Under the pieces are notes generated by a model. That model had not been told where the DNA came from, ran no database searches, and was given only the letters and a program-made list of their open reading frames with translations. Shown one piece after another: positions 51,783-61,208 of a stretch of 64,000 nt of DNA. Both the position numbers and the translations under genes were made by a program. Source of the DNA: Candidatus Marinacidobacterales bacterium (lineage in GTDB: Bacteria > Acidobacteriota > Vicinamibacteria > Marinacidobacterales > DATDRI01); assembly GCA_965219415.1 (NCBI GenBank), contig CBDCNP010000002.1:1152001-1216000 (forward strand), in the 5' to 3' direction. Every line of letters starts with the position of its first letter. The stretch's first letter is position 1.

Positions 51783-53009
51783 TCACTCGCTCCAGCCGAA
51801 ACGGCGAGCGCGGTACAAGAGTGCAAACGAACCCATGATCAAGAAGAGAAGGACGCCGTTGATCCCTTGTGCGAGGGGGGCTCCGAGAGCTGCCGCCAAG
51901 GCACCTACTTCGAGATGGCCGAGCGGCCCGAGCCCGCGACTGAAGTTCCAGACGCCAACGGCCGCGCCGCGCTCACCGTCACGAACTCCATACTGAAGAA
52001 GCGCGGGAAGAAGGGAGTCTACGCTCGCCCAAATCGCACCAACGACGCCCAACAGCAGTAGTGACAACAAATAAGTCGGCGCGGCGGAGAACGCGACGAG
52101 GCCAAGACCAAAGAACGCACCCAGCCACAGCACCAGTGGACCACGGTACAACCGCCTCGGAAGACTGGCCAGCACCACCAACCCGATGACGCTACCCAAG
52201 TTGCGAACCGCGTACATCGCGCCCAAACCACTCTCCCCTACTTGGAGAACGTGCATTGCAAAACTAGGGAGCACGACATCACTCGAAAAAGCGAGGATCT
52301 CGGCGGCCGCCACGACTATGGCCAAGACGATAACGTTCTTGTTTTTCCACAGCAGGATCAGGCTCTTGAACATGGGAGGCTCTTCTTCACCCTCGACGTT
52401 TGAGGGACGGGGTGTTTGCGGGATAAGTGCGAGCGACAAAGCCCCAAGCAAATAAGCGGCTGCGATCGCCGCGAAGGCGGCACCGGCTCCCCAAACCGCG
52501 AGAAGCGAGCCGGCCGCCAGCGCGCCGAAGAAACCGAATGCCTTGTCCCCCAGCATGTTGAGAGCGATTCCGTTGACGGCTTCTTCCGGACCGACCACGT
52601 CATAGCAGAAGGCCCTATCGGTCGTGGTCAGGCAAACGTCGGTCACCCCGAGTAGGAGGGCGATCCCTACCAGCACGGGGAAAGCCAACCCTCCCTGGAC
52701 GCTCGTGATGGACGTGCCGGCTCCCACTACCGCGCCGAAGCAATAAACGACCTGCAAAAGTTTCCGCCGGTCGCGTCGGTCCGACAAGGCACCCCATGGA
52801 ACAGCCAGAAAGAATCGGGGAATCGTACGAGAGGCGACGACGATGCCAACCGCCAGTGGAGATCCGGTGAGCGCGAGCGCCAACCAGCCAATGGAAACCT
52901 GAATCGCGGCCGTCGCGAAGCCGTTCAGAGAGGCGGCGAGCCAAACGAAGGGATAGCCAGGCCGACGAAACGACGCGAGGGTCTTTGCGGTGATGAGCGG
53001 ATTAGGCAA
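51783..53009 (-). CDS. MFS transporter
   Basis: About 12 hydrophobic segments; GALSDRRDRRKLL motif A. Confidence 0.88.
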   Translation of the reverse strand: MPNPLITAKTLASFRRPGYPFVWLAASLNGFATAAIQVSIGWLALALTGSPLAVGIVVASRTIPRFFLAVPWGALSDRRDRRKLLQVVYCFGAVVGAGTSITSVQGGLAFPVLVGIALLLGVTDVCLTTTDRAFCYDVVGPEEAVNGIALNMLGDKAFGFFGALAAGSLLAVWGAGAAFAAIAAAYLLGALSLALIPQTPRPSNVEGEEEPPMFKSLILLWKNKNVIVLAIVVAAAEILAFSSDVVLPSFAMHVLQVGESGLGAMYAVRNLGSVIGLVVLASLPRRLYRGPLVLWLGAFFGLGLVAFSAAPTYLLSLLLLGVVGAIWASVDSLLPALLQYGVRDGERGAAVGVWNFSRGLGPLGHLEVGALAAALGAPLAQGINGVLLFLIMGSFALLYRARRFGWSE

Positions 53010-53013
53010 AGAT

Positions 53014-54219
53014 TTAGCAGTACAACTCGAAGTAGTCGGTTAGACCTTCGTCCTGGTCCAAGTTCACGGGCTTCCCGTTCTTCAGGACTCGCTTGACCTT
53101 GCGGACATTGGAAATGTCCTCCAGGGGGTTGGCGGAAAGCACCAGCAAGTCGGCGAGCTTGCCCACCTCTATCGTCCCGAGCCTGTCGGTAACTTCGCAG
53201 AGATCGGCACCGGTGCGGGTGGCAGCGATGAGCGCTTCCATCTCGCTCATGCCCGCCTTCACCATATACTCGAGCTCCCGCCTGGTGAACTCAGCGGTCG
53301 GCGTGGAATCGCTGCCACATGCGATCTTCACCCCCGCCTTCAACGCTTTCTGAAAACCCTCCAGGTGAGCGCTCGCCGCCGCACGGGCCTTCTTTATCTG
53401 GAACTTCGGCAGCTCTTTGATGAACTCCTCGTCCTGCGTCGAGGAAATCGTAGGTACGTAGAACACGTCGTGGTCGAGCATCATCTGGATCGCCTCGTCA
53501 TCGAGCAGCCCGTGCTCGATGGAATCGACCCCGCCTCGAATGGCGGTCTTGATGCCCGGCGCGCCCCATGCGTGAACCGCCACGCGCTTGCCCTTTTGGT
53601 GCGCCACTTCGGTCGCCGCCTGGATTTCGTCGAGCAAGAACTGGGATTCCTGCATCGTCTCGCCCTCGGTCATGATCCCACCCGTCACCATGAGCTTGAT
53701 CTGATCGGCTCCGTGTTTGAGATTCTCGCGCACCGCCTTGCGCATTTCCCAAGGACCATCTACTTCGAGGGCACCCAAGGTTCCGTGCCCGTGTCCCCCG
53801 GTGATCGAGATGCCCCTGGTGCAGACAAAAAGACGTGGCCCCACCATCACACCGGCCTCGAAGGCTCGCTTCCAGGCGACGTCCACGAAGCTGCTCTCCC
53901 CGACCACGCGAATGCCGGTGATGCCGGCGTGAAGCGCGTCCATCGCGTTGCGACCAGCTCGAATGGTGTAGTCCCCAATCGCTTCCGTCTCCAGGAGGTT
54001 GTGAGGATCGGGGATGAGATCACCCAAATGCGCGTGAACCTCCCACAGACCTGGTAGGAGATAACCGCCCTCGAGGTCCAGCACGCGAGCCCCCGCCGCA
54101 TCCGCGGGGCCGGTGCTCAAACCGGTGATTGTGTCGCCTTCGATGACGACGCTCATGCCGTCCTTGGGCGCTTGGCCCGTGCCATCGATGACTGTGCAAT
54201 TGGTCAAGATGGTTTGCAT
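53014..54219 (-). CDS. Amidohydrolase (cytoplasmic paralog of 22770)
   Basis: True start MQTILTNC at 54219; PGLWEVHAH, IKLM.TGG, AVHA, IEHG, GSD, GKLADL. Confidence 0.87.
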   Translation of the reverse strand: MQTILTNCTVIDGTGQAPKDGMSVVIEGDTITGLSTGPADAAGARVLDLEGGYLLPGLWEVHAHLGDLIPDPHNLLETEAIGDYTIRAGRNAMDALHAGITGIRVVGESSFVDVAWKRAFEAGVMVGPRLFVCTRGISITGGHGHGTLGALEVDGPWEMRKAVRENLKHGADQIKLMVTGGIMTEGETMQESQFLLDEIQAATEVAHQKGKRVAVHAWGAPGIKTAIRGGVDSIEHGLLDDEAIQMMLDHDVFYVPTISSTQDEEFIKELPKFQIKKARAAASAHLEGFQKALKAGVKIACGSDSTPTAEFTRRELEYMVKAGMSEMEALIAATRTGADLCEVTDRLGTIEVGKLADLLVLSANPLEDISNVRKVKRVLKNGKPVNLDQDEGLTDYFELYC

Positions 54220-54221
54220 GG

Positions 54222-55223
54222 CTAAAGCCCACCCAAACCCAAGTCCGCATTCAGGCGATTCTTCTCGACCATCACCACGCCATCCAACTCGACCTTCGCC
54301 GACGTGAGCACCACGTCGGCGTGGACTCCACAGGGACCGACCGTCCCCTTGAAATCGGGGTCCTGACTGCCGAAGCCGAAGGTGATCGCCCCGAGAACAT
54401 GCTCGTCTTGGTGGGTGCTTCCGCTCGTCTTCGCGCGAGGGTTCAGACCGATCGTGAAATGGCAGAGATGGAACGCGGTTGCCTCCCCGCTCTCCTCGAA
54501 ATGGGCGCGGAGCGCGCTGGCGTCGGCCCCACCCTCGATCTCGACGATGACGCCCTTTTCGAGACGGCAGGTCACCGGAGCGTTTACCAGTCGACCGGGC
54601 GGCACATTTCCATCGATGACGATGGTACCTTCGATGGTTTCTTCGATCGGAGCGTTGGCGGCGGAAACTCCCGGAAAAAAATCGGCCTCGCCGGGCGCGG
54701 TCGCCATGCCGTCTCCGACCAGGGCCGGACGCCCTTTCATGTGAAAACTGATATCTGTCCCCAAAGGAGACGTGACGCGACAGACCTCGGTCTTTTCCCA
54801 AAGCTCACAGACGCGTTCTGCGACCTTCACCATCTGCGGATAGTCCACGTTCAAGATACCCTCGACGGCAAACTCCTCCATACCGGCGACCGACGTGGAC
54901 GCGATGCGGGTCCCTTTCTCGCGTGCTTTGTTGGTGGCTTCTTTCTCGACGAACATCGTCTCGCAAAGCCCGACAATGACGTCGGCTCCGAGAATAGCGC
55001 CCGCCGCCGGGACGCCGAGCTCGGTGGTGTCGGTCGACGCCATCCTGGGAATGACCAGAAGCTGGGCGTTGGCTTTCGCATTGATTCCCGCAATCAAGCA
55101 GGCTTCAGCGATCTCCACGTCGGTCCAGGTATCGGCCAAGATCAGAAGATTCTCGCCCGCTTTCACCTGCCCCATCATCCGCACCGCGATCTCACCAAAC
55201 TCACCCCACTGCATGACTGACAT
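54222..55223 (-). CDS. M29/aminopeptidase-T fold protein, NicX (2,5-dihydroxypyridine dioxygenase)-like
   Basis: VKAGE.LLILAD, GTDI, GTIVIDG, CHFTIGLNPRA, HAD. Confidence 0.65.
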   Translation of the reverse strand: MSVMQWGEFGEIAVRMMGQVKAGENLLILADTWTDVEIAEACLIAGINAKANAQLLVIPRMASTDTTELGVPAAGAILGADVIVGLCETMFVEKEATNKAREKGTRIASTSVAGMEEFAVEGILNVDYPQMVKVAERVCELWEKTEVCRVTSPLGTDISFHMKGRPALVGDGMATAPGEADFFPGVSAANAPIEETIEGTIVIDGNVPPGRLVNAPVTCRLEKGVIVEIEGGADASALRAHFEESGEATAFHLCHFTIGLNPRAKTSGSTHQDEHVLGAITFGFGSQDPDFKGTVGPCGVHADVVLTSAKVELDGVVMVEKNRLNADLGLGGL

Positions 55224-55238
55224 CTAACCTTCCTCTCT

Positions 55239-56276
55239 CTATGAGCTAACCGGCGTGACCACGAGGCGAAAGCCGTCCGCGTCGTCGCGTCCCGATGGTG
55301 GCACACCATCCCGGAACGTGCTCCGCGCGCGCTCCGGCTCGACGGTAAACGCCCCGCCGCGCATTCCTCGCAGAACTTCGGGCTCGGCATCCAAGTTCTC
55401 TCGACCATCACTCGGATCGTAAGGATATCTGAACTCCAGTTTCTTCAAATCTCTCCCCATCAAACTCCGCATCCAGTTCCAGGTATTGCCACTCATGTCG
55501 GCCACACCATAGGGGCTACGCCCGGCAGGAAAACAACCGACCGGGGTCGTGGTACCGACACCGGTGTCACGGTAGTTCGCTTTGTCGGGATCGATCTCGT
55601 CGCCCCACGGGTAGGTGCTACCGTCTTTTCCTCGTGCCGCCTTTTCCCATTCCGCTTCCGAGGGAAGCGTCACCACAGTGGATCCATCACGCAATCCCTG
55701 CCAAAACAACTGCTCTCCCTCGGTCATGTCGTCCTTTGGAGAGAGAGCGGTCAGTTTTCCGGTGAGCCATTCGCAATACTTTCGGGCCTCGTACCAGCTC
55801 ACCCAAGCGACGGGATGATTGGCGGGACCTCGCAGAGTGTCGGGAGTCCCGGGCTCCACTCCGGTCTCTTCCACGAAGGCACGAAACTGAGCTACCGTGA
55901 CGTGATAGCGGCCGATATAGAAAGTAGGCAAATTCACTTCATGACGTTCCTCACCCTCACCCATCATGAAAGAACCTTCGGGAACCTCGACGAATCCAAG
56001 GAGCGGCTCGTTGGGAAGATGAAAGGCATCGGCCCGAAACCGCGGGTCCCCGATCTTCGCAAGAACGTTCCCCGCCTCTACCCGCTCGCTGCTGCTCAGG
56101 GCTCCTGCCTCGAGGAGAGCTGCCAACCCAACTCGCGTCTCTTCGGTCCTCGCTTGCAAAGTCCCGGCACCCGGTTCACTAGCGACCAACGATTTGCCGG
56201 CCGCGATGGCCTCGCGCCACGTCTCGTCGAGAATCGATGACGCCTGGGTGGGTCCGTCTGGCGGTAACTCCTTCAC
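55239..56276 (-). CDS. Formylglycine-generating-enzyme (SUMF1/FGE-sulfatase) domain protein
   Basis: FMMG, VTVAQF, HPV..VSW, LPSEAEWEKAARG, DMSGN, RGG, GFRLV. Confidence 0.88.
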   Translation of the reverse strand: MKELPPDGPTQASSILDETWREAIAAGKSLVASEPGAGTLQARTEETRVGLAALLEAGALSSSERVEAGNVLAKIGDPRFRADAFHLPNEPLLGFVEVPEGSFMMGEGEERHEVNLPTFYIGRYHVTVAQFRAFVEETGVEPGTPDTLRGPANHPVAWVSWYEARKYCEWLTGKLTALSPKDDMTEGEQLFWQGLRDGSTVVTLPSEAEWEKAARGKDGSTYPWGDEIDPDKANYRDTGVGTTTPVGCFPAGRSPYGVADMSGNTWNWMRSLMGRDLKKLEFRYPYDPSDGRENLDAEPEVLRGMRGGAFTVEPERARSTFRDGVPPSGRDDADGFRLVVTPVSS

Positions 56277-56411
56277 GATTTCCGTACTTCGGAAGACGAA
56301 CCCATCATCATTGGTACCGAGCTAGAAAAGAAGCGGAACAAACGCATCATAGCTTGGTAAGTATATGGATTCGCTACGCTACTGTCGATACCCGAACTCC
56401 TTCGCAACACG

Positions 56412-56455
56412 CATGCAATATACAATGAATCGACGATTCGTCATTGCATACAATT
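56412..56455 (+). promoter_or_regulatory. Conserved 44-bp upstream element containing TTGCATACAA (copy 2)
   Basis: 38/44 identical to 6159-6202; about 40 bp upstream of ATG 56497. Confidence 0.75.
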
Positions 56456-56496
56456 ACAGGGTCCGGATAGAATCCTGCGAACGGGAGGAAACAAGG

Positions 56497-57837
56497 ATGC
56501 ACCGAACGCTACCGACCATTCTTATCGTCTCCACTTTGTCGACGGGAGCGAGCTTCGTCGTTTCGAGCTCCGCCGCGCCTGGAGACGCTCGCTCACGCTG
56601 GGAGATCTCCTGCATGATCCGTCACGACAAGTTCGACTACGTACTCCCCGGTGCGATGCGGCGCAACGACATCGATATGTGGATCGTCATCGACCGCGGT
56701 CGAGGCACCCAACCGATGACGCGTGATTTCGGCGTCGCTACCGTCAACGGCCAAGGCTTCTTTGTCTTTTCCGACCGCGGCGGCGATCGTATCGAACGGA
56801 TTCAACTCGGTGGGGAGATCGACCTGGCGGAAGCGTGCGGTGCCTACGATAGGTTCGATGAACCGGAAGACCTGCGATCGATCGTCGAGGAGCGCGACCC
56901 GGAGCGTATCGGTCTGAACTACCTAGCCATTCCGAATAACACAGAGGGACTTCACATCGCCGACGGCCTCTCCTACACCGATTTCAAATTTCTCGAGAGC
57001 GAACTGGGCGAAGAGTATGCGTCCCGCTTCGTTTCGGCCCAGCACCTCATCGCCGACTTCCACGGCGAGCGGGTGGCTGGCGAGATCATCGAGTTTTCGA
57101 AGATCGGCGACATCACTCGCCGGCTCGAAGAGCGAGCCCTATCCAATGAGATCATCACCCCAGGCGTAACGACACACAACGACGTCTCGCGGTGGTTGGA
57201 GGAACAGCGTGAAGCGATGGGGATGTTAAGGGCGTGGTACCCCACGGTCTACACTCACCTTCCGGACGGCGGCGAGATCGGCAACACTGAGCGCGTTATC
57301 CAACGGGGTGATGTCTTGCAGATCGACTACGGTGCCGACCGCAACAACTTCACAACCGATATCAAGCGTTTCGCCTATGTCCTCCGAGAAGGCGAAACCG
57401 AGCCACCCCCCGGCGTACTCGAGGCCTTTGCCGAGGCGAAAAAAGTGCGAGCGATCATTCGCAAGCACGTCAAATCAGGGCGCTCCGGGCGGGAGCAGTT
57501 GGACGAGCTCAAGCAGATCATTAGAGACGCCGGCTACGTCTATACGGAGGATGAGCGAGCCAGCGACGTGCCAGGCATCGAGGTCAACGTCGGCATGCAC
57601 GCCGCGGGGAACATTGGTCACGACATGGCCGCGAGCCTCTTCGAGATTTTTCCGGAGAGGACCAAGTACGTTGTCCGGCCCGACGCGATTATTTCCCTCG
57701 AATATATCGTTTTCACGCCCGCGGCCGAATGGAACGGGGGGAAGATCCCGGTGAATGTCGAGGAGAACGTCTTGATCACCGAGCGCGGCATCGAGTGGTT
57801 GTACCCGCCGCAGGAGCGGGTGCTTGTGATTCGCTAG
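56497..57837 (+). CDS. Secreted M24 metallopeptidase-like protein, paralog 5 (full metal site)
   Basis: GGAGG RBS; signal peptide; IDYG, TDIKR, HAAGNIGH, SLEY, VEEN. Confidence 0.82.
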   Translation: MHRTLPTILIVSTLSTGASFVVSSSAAPGDARSRWEISCMIRHDKFDYVLPGAMRRNDIDMWIVIDRGRGTQPMTRDFGVATVNGQGFFVFSDRGGDRIERIQLGGEIDLAEACGAYDRFDEPEDLRSIVEERDPERIGLNYLAIPNNTEGLHIADGLSYTDFKFLESELGEEYASRFVSAQHLIADFHGERVAGEIIEFSKIGDITRRLEERALSNEIITPGVTTHNDVSRWLEEQREAMGMLRAWYPTVYTHLPDGGEIGNTERVIQRGDVLQIDYGADRNNFTTDIKRFAYVLREGETEPPPGVLEAFAEAKKVRAIIRKHVKSGRSGREQLDELKQIIRDAGYVYTEDERASDVPGIEVNVGMHAAGNIGHDMAASLFEIFPERTKYVVRPDAIISLEYIVFTPAAEWNGGKIPVNVEENVLITERGIEWLYPPQERVLVIR

Positions 57838-57862
57838 CGAGCCTCCTGAGGCACTTTAGATT

Positions 57863-59458
57863 ATGCCATCGGACGAGAATTACGACACCCTCCTCGCTCT
57901 ATTCGAGGAGTTCCGTGACTTCATAAAACCCGCCATCGTCGACGGGGCTCCCGATTTCACCGCCGGCGCGATGGCAACCCAGTATGACGGCCTTAGGGAT
58001 CTCCAGAACCGCCTCGCAGCAATCGATATCAGCGATTGGAGCGTAGAACGCCAAGTCGACTACCACGTCGTTCGCGCCGAGATGAACGGCGTCGCCTTCG
58101 ATCACCGCGTCCTCAAGCCATGGGCTCGCGATCCCGGGTTCTACAACCTCACCGACGGTATCTATCCTCGCCTCCTCGTGCATCACTCGCGAAGCCTGGC
58201 CACCTGGGGACTGGTGGAACCAACCGTCCCGCTGTCCGAAGCAGGCATCGTTGACTTCCGCGCGAGGCTGCGAACAGTGCCCAAGCTTTTCGCTCAGGCC
58301 AAGATCAATCTGATCGAAGCGGCCTCCGATCTCGCCACCATTGCTATCCGGGTGAAAGAAAAGGACATCCAGCTGCTAACCAGTATCCGGGCTCAGTTCG
58401 CCGAGCACCACCCCGAGCTCCTTCCGGATGTCGATGCCGCCATTGCCGCCACCGAGGATTTTCGGGACTGGCTCGTGAAGAACAAGAGCCGGATGACCGC
58501 ACCGGCTGGAATCGGGAAAGAAAACTACAACTGGTGGATGAAAAATGTCCATCTCATTCCCTATTCCTGGGAAGAGTTCCATACGATGATCCAGGCCGAG
58601 TACGATCGTGCGATCACGTTTTTGAAGCTGGAAGAGAACAGGAACCGGAAGCTGCCTGACTTCCAGCTGACGGCGTCAAAGGAGGAGAACGCTCGCCGAC
58701 AAAGAGACGCGGTGGCGCAGCTCATGAACTTTCTCCGCGAGGAAGAGATCATCACCGTTCCCGACGACCTGGGACCTCTCCCCCCCGAACAGTATCCTCG
58801 CGTTTGGGGTATCAGCGCATATCTGAAAGAAGATGATCGCGGTTTCTTCGAAGAGACCAACGACCGCGAACCGATGACCAACCTTGCGCATGTGTTCTTC
58901 GGCCACTATTACACCCGGGGTCGAAAAATCTGGTATCAAGAGAAGGACACTCGTCCAATTCGCGGAAGTATTAGGCTCTACGACATGCACGAGGCGAGGT
59001 CTGAGGCCTTGGCCTTCGGTATTGAAGAGTGGCTGTTGCAAGCTGGCCTCTTCGATGAAAGGCCTCGGTCGAGAGAGATCACGTACATATGGTTGGCCTT
59101 CCGGGCGGTTCGTGCTCTGTCCGACCTGCGGATGCACAGCAATGAATACACATTGGAGGATGGCCTGAAGAACACCTCCGACGGCATCCCCTACCCATGG
59201 GCAGAAGCGGACAGCGACGCGGTCTGGTGGGATACGGAGGAAACGCTGCGCGCCCCGGGGCATAGCTCGAACTACGTCGTCGGGCGCAACATGATGCAGG
59301 GCCTCATGGCGGCGAGGGTGAGACAGCTAGGCAGTGACTTCACGGTTCGGCGATTCTTCGATGAGTTCATGAGCGCGGGGATCGTTCCGATCGCGCTGAC
59401 GCACTGGGAGCTGACCGGCGTCGAGGATCAGATGAGAGTCTTGCTGGAAAAAGACTGA
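57863..59458 (+). CDS. DUF885-family protein
   Basis: QVDYHVVRAEMNG..F.HRVLKPWARDPGFY, GIGKENY, Y.VG, FFDEFMSAG.VP. Confidence 0.7.
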   Translation: MPSDENYDTLLALFEEFRDFIKPAIVDGAPDFTAGAMATQYDGLRDLQNRLAAIDISDWSVERQVDYHVVRAEMNGVAFDHRVLKPWARDPGFYNLTDGIYPRLLVHHSRSLATWGLVEPTVPLSEAGIVDFRARLRTVPKLFAQAKINLIEAASDLATIAIRVKEKDIQLLTSIRAQFAEHHPELLPDVDAAIAATEDFRDWLVKNKSRMTAPAGIGKENYNWWMKNVHLIPYSWEEFHTMIQAEYDRAITFLKLEENRNRKLPDFQLTASKEENARRQRDAVAQLMNFLREEEIITVPDDLGPLPPEQYPRVWGISAYLKEDDRGFFEETNDREPMTNLAHVFFGHYYTRGRKIWYQEKDTRPIRGSIRLYDMHEARSEALAFGIEEWLLQAGLFDERPRSREITYIWLAFRAVRALSDLRMHSNEYTLEDGLKNTSDGIPYPWAEADSDAVWWDTEETLRAPGHSSNYVVGRNMMQGLMAARVRQLGSDFTVRRFFDEFMSAGIVPIALTHWELTGVEDQMRVLLEKD

Positions 59459-59471
59459 GGAGTATCGAGAC

Positions 59472-61160
59472 GTGTCGTTAGATCTCGTCGTCATCTGCGT
59501 GTACCTGATCGGTATCACGTTGATCGGACTCCGAGCTGCCAAGAAAGTCACGACCTCGGCGTCGTTCTTCATCAGCGATCGCAAGTTCGGAAAAGCCATG
59601 ATGATGTTCTTCGCCTTTGGTACGGGCACGAACACCGATCAGGCGGTGACCGTCGCATCGAAGAGCTACAGCGTCGGTGCATCCGGTATCTGGTATCAGT
59701 GGCTATGGCTGCCCGCTACGCCCTTCTACTGGCTACTGGCACCCTTATTTAGGCGGATGCGCGCGGTCACGACGTCGGACTTCTTGTCGGTGCGATATGG
59801 CCAGAGCGTGGCAGTCCTTTTCGCCCTGGTCGGCATGGCCCAGTTGTCGGTCAATATCGGTGTGGTTCTCAAAGCCACCAGCGCAATGATTACGCCCGTC
59901 TCTGGGGGCGCCATTGACTCCGATCTAGCGATCGTCGCGATGACCGCGTTGTTCGTCATCTATGGCGTGACGGGAGGACTGAGCGCAGCCATCGCAACCG
60001 ATGCCGTCCAAGGTGTTCTCACCGTTGTGCTCTCTTTCTTAATCCTACCCTTCGCTCTCAACGCGGTGGGCGGAATCTCTGGGTTGAGGACGACCGTCGA
60101 GGATCCAGCGATATTTGAGATCGTCGCGCCCGGGGAGATCACCCTACTCTACGTCGTCGTGATTGCCATCAATGCGCTGGTGGGTTGGGTCGCCTCTCCT
60201 TATACCATGCAAATGACGGGTGCCGGCAAGAGTGAGCAGGCGTCGAGAATCGGGCTCGTCGGCGGCATGCTGCTCAAGCGAATCTGCACCATCGCTTGGG
60301 TCCTCACGGGAATGTGCGCCGTCGCGATCTACGCCGGCACTAGCATCAATGCCGACCATGCCTACGGGTTGATGGCACGCGATCTACTGCCTACGATAGC
60401 GCCGGGGCTTCTGGGGTTGTTTGTGGCTTCGATGCTAGCAGCCGTCATGAGCTCCTGCGATGCGCTCATGGTCTCCTCGTCCGCGCTGTTCACAGAAAAT
60501 ATCTATAAGCCGTTGATTCGGCTGAATCAGAGCGAGAAACATTACATCCTGGTAGGTCGGATCACATCGGTCGGTGTTGTCGTAGGTGGGATCCTCGTTG
60601 CGTTCGGCCTGTCCAGCGTTGTGCAAGGTTTGGAGATCTTTTGGCAAGTGCAGGCCATGATGGGAGTGGCCATATGGGTGAGCTTCTTCTGGAGAAGAGC
60701 CAACGCTGCGGGGGCCTGGGCTTCGACGATGGGCAGCTTCGCGGCATGGGCTTTCACCAGTGACATCGGCCTGATCTCCTGGGACTTCAACGCGCGGTTT
60801 GCCCGTTTCCTTCCTGACTTCATGTTGTTTGAAGGCCGATTGTCTCTCCCATGGCAGATGATCTTCTATCTGACGGTGGGGCTGGTGGTCATGGTGGTGG
60901 TGAGTCTCCTGACGAAGCCGCGGGATAGGACCCTGCTGGATCGCGTCTACGAATGTCTTCGCACTCCGGTCGAGCCGGGCGAACCAGAAGTTGCGCCGGT
61001 CACTCTTCCCGATACCACACGGCGGGCGCCACGATCGGTGTTGATCGATCATCCCGATTTCGAGCTCATGAAACCCACTCGCGTTTCCGTGCTGGGGTTC
61101 GTGGCGGCATGGGTCGCCGTGGGAGTGCTAATTGCTGTGTTCGTCTGGATCATGAACTGA
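59472..61160 (+). CDS. Sodium:solute symporter
   Basis: Multiple TMs; GASGIWYQW, YG..GGL.AAIATD.VQG, GLFVA.MLAA.MSS. Confidence 0.9.
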   Translation: MSLDLVVICVYLIGITLIGLRAAKKVTTSASFFISDRKFGKAMMMFFAFGTGTNTDQAVTVASKSYSVGASGIWYQWLWLPATPFYWLLAPLFRRMRAVTTSDFLSVRYGQSVAVLFALVGMAQLSVNIGVVLKATSAMITPVSGGAIDSDLAIVAMTALFVIYGVTGGLSAAIATDAVQGVLTVVLSFLILPFALNAVGGISGLRTTVEDPAIFEIVAPGEITLLYVVVIAINALVGWVASPYTMQMTGAGKSEQASRIGLVGGMLLKRICTIAWVLTGMCAVAIYAGTSINADHAYGLMARDLLPTIAPGLLGLFVASMLAAVMSSCDALMVSSSALFTENIYKPLIRLNQSEKHYILVGRITSVGVVVGGILVAFGLSSVVQGLEIFWQVQAMMGVAIWVSFFWRRANAAGAWASTMGSFAAWAFTSDIGLISWDFNARFARFLPDFMLFEGRLSLPWQMIFYLTVGLVVMVVVSLLTKPRDRTLLDRVYECLRTPVEPGEPEVAPVTLPDTTRRAPRSVLIDHPDFELMKPTRVSVLGFVAAWVAVGVLIAVFVWIMN

Positions 61161-61208
61161 GGCGCTCAACATGCCCAATATCCCATTTAGATGGAGGTTC
61201 AACCACCC

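Noticed and set aside
53014-54801. 595-aa ORF as a single fused protein
   Set aside because: Its first ~194 residues are an alternative frame of the NicX-like gene; amidohydrolase homology starts at ATG 54219.
55239-56276. FGE/C-type lectin fold gene as a diversity-generating retroelement target
   Set aside because: No reverse transcriptase and no template repeat of its 3' end were seen in the window.
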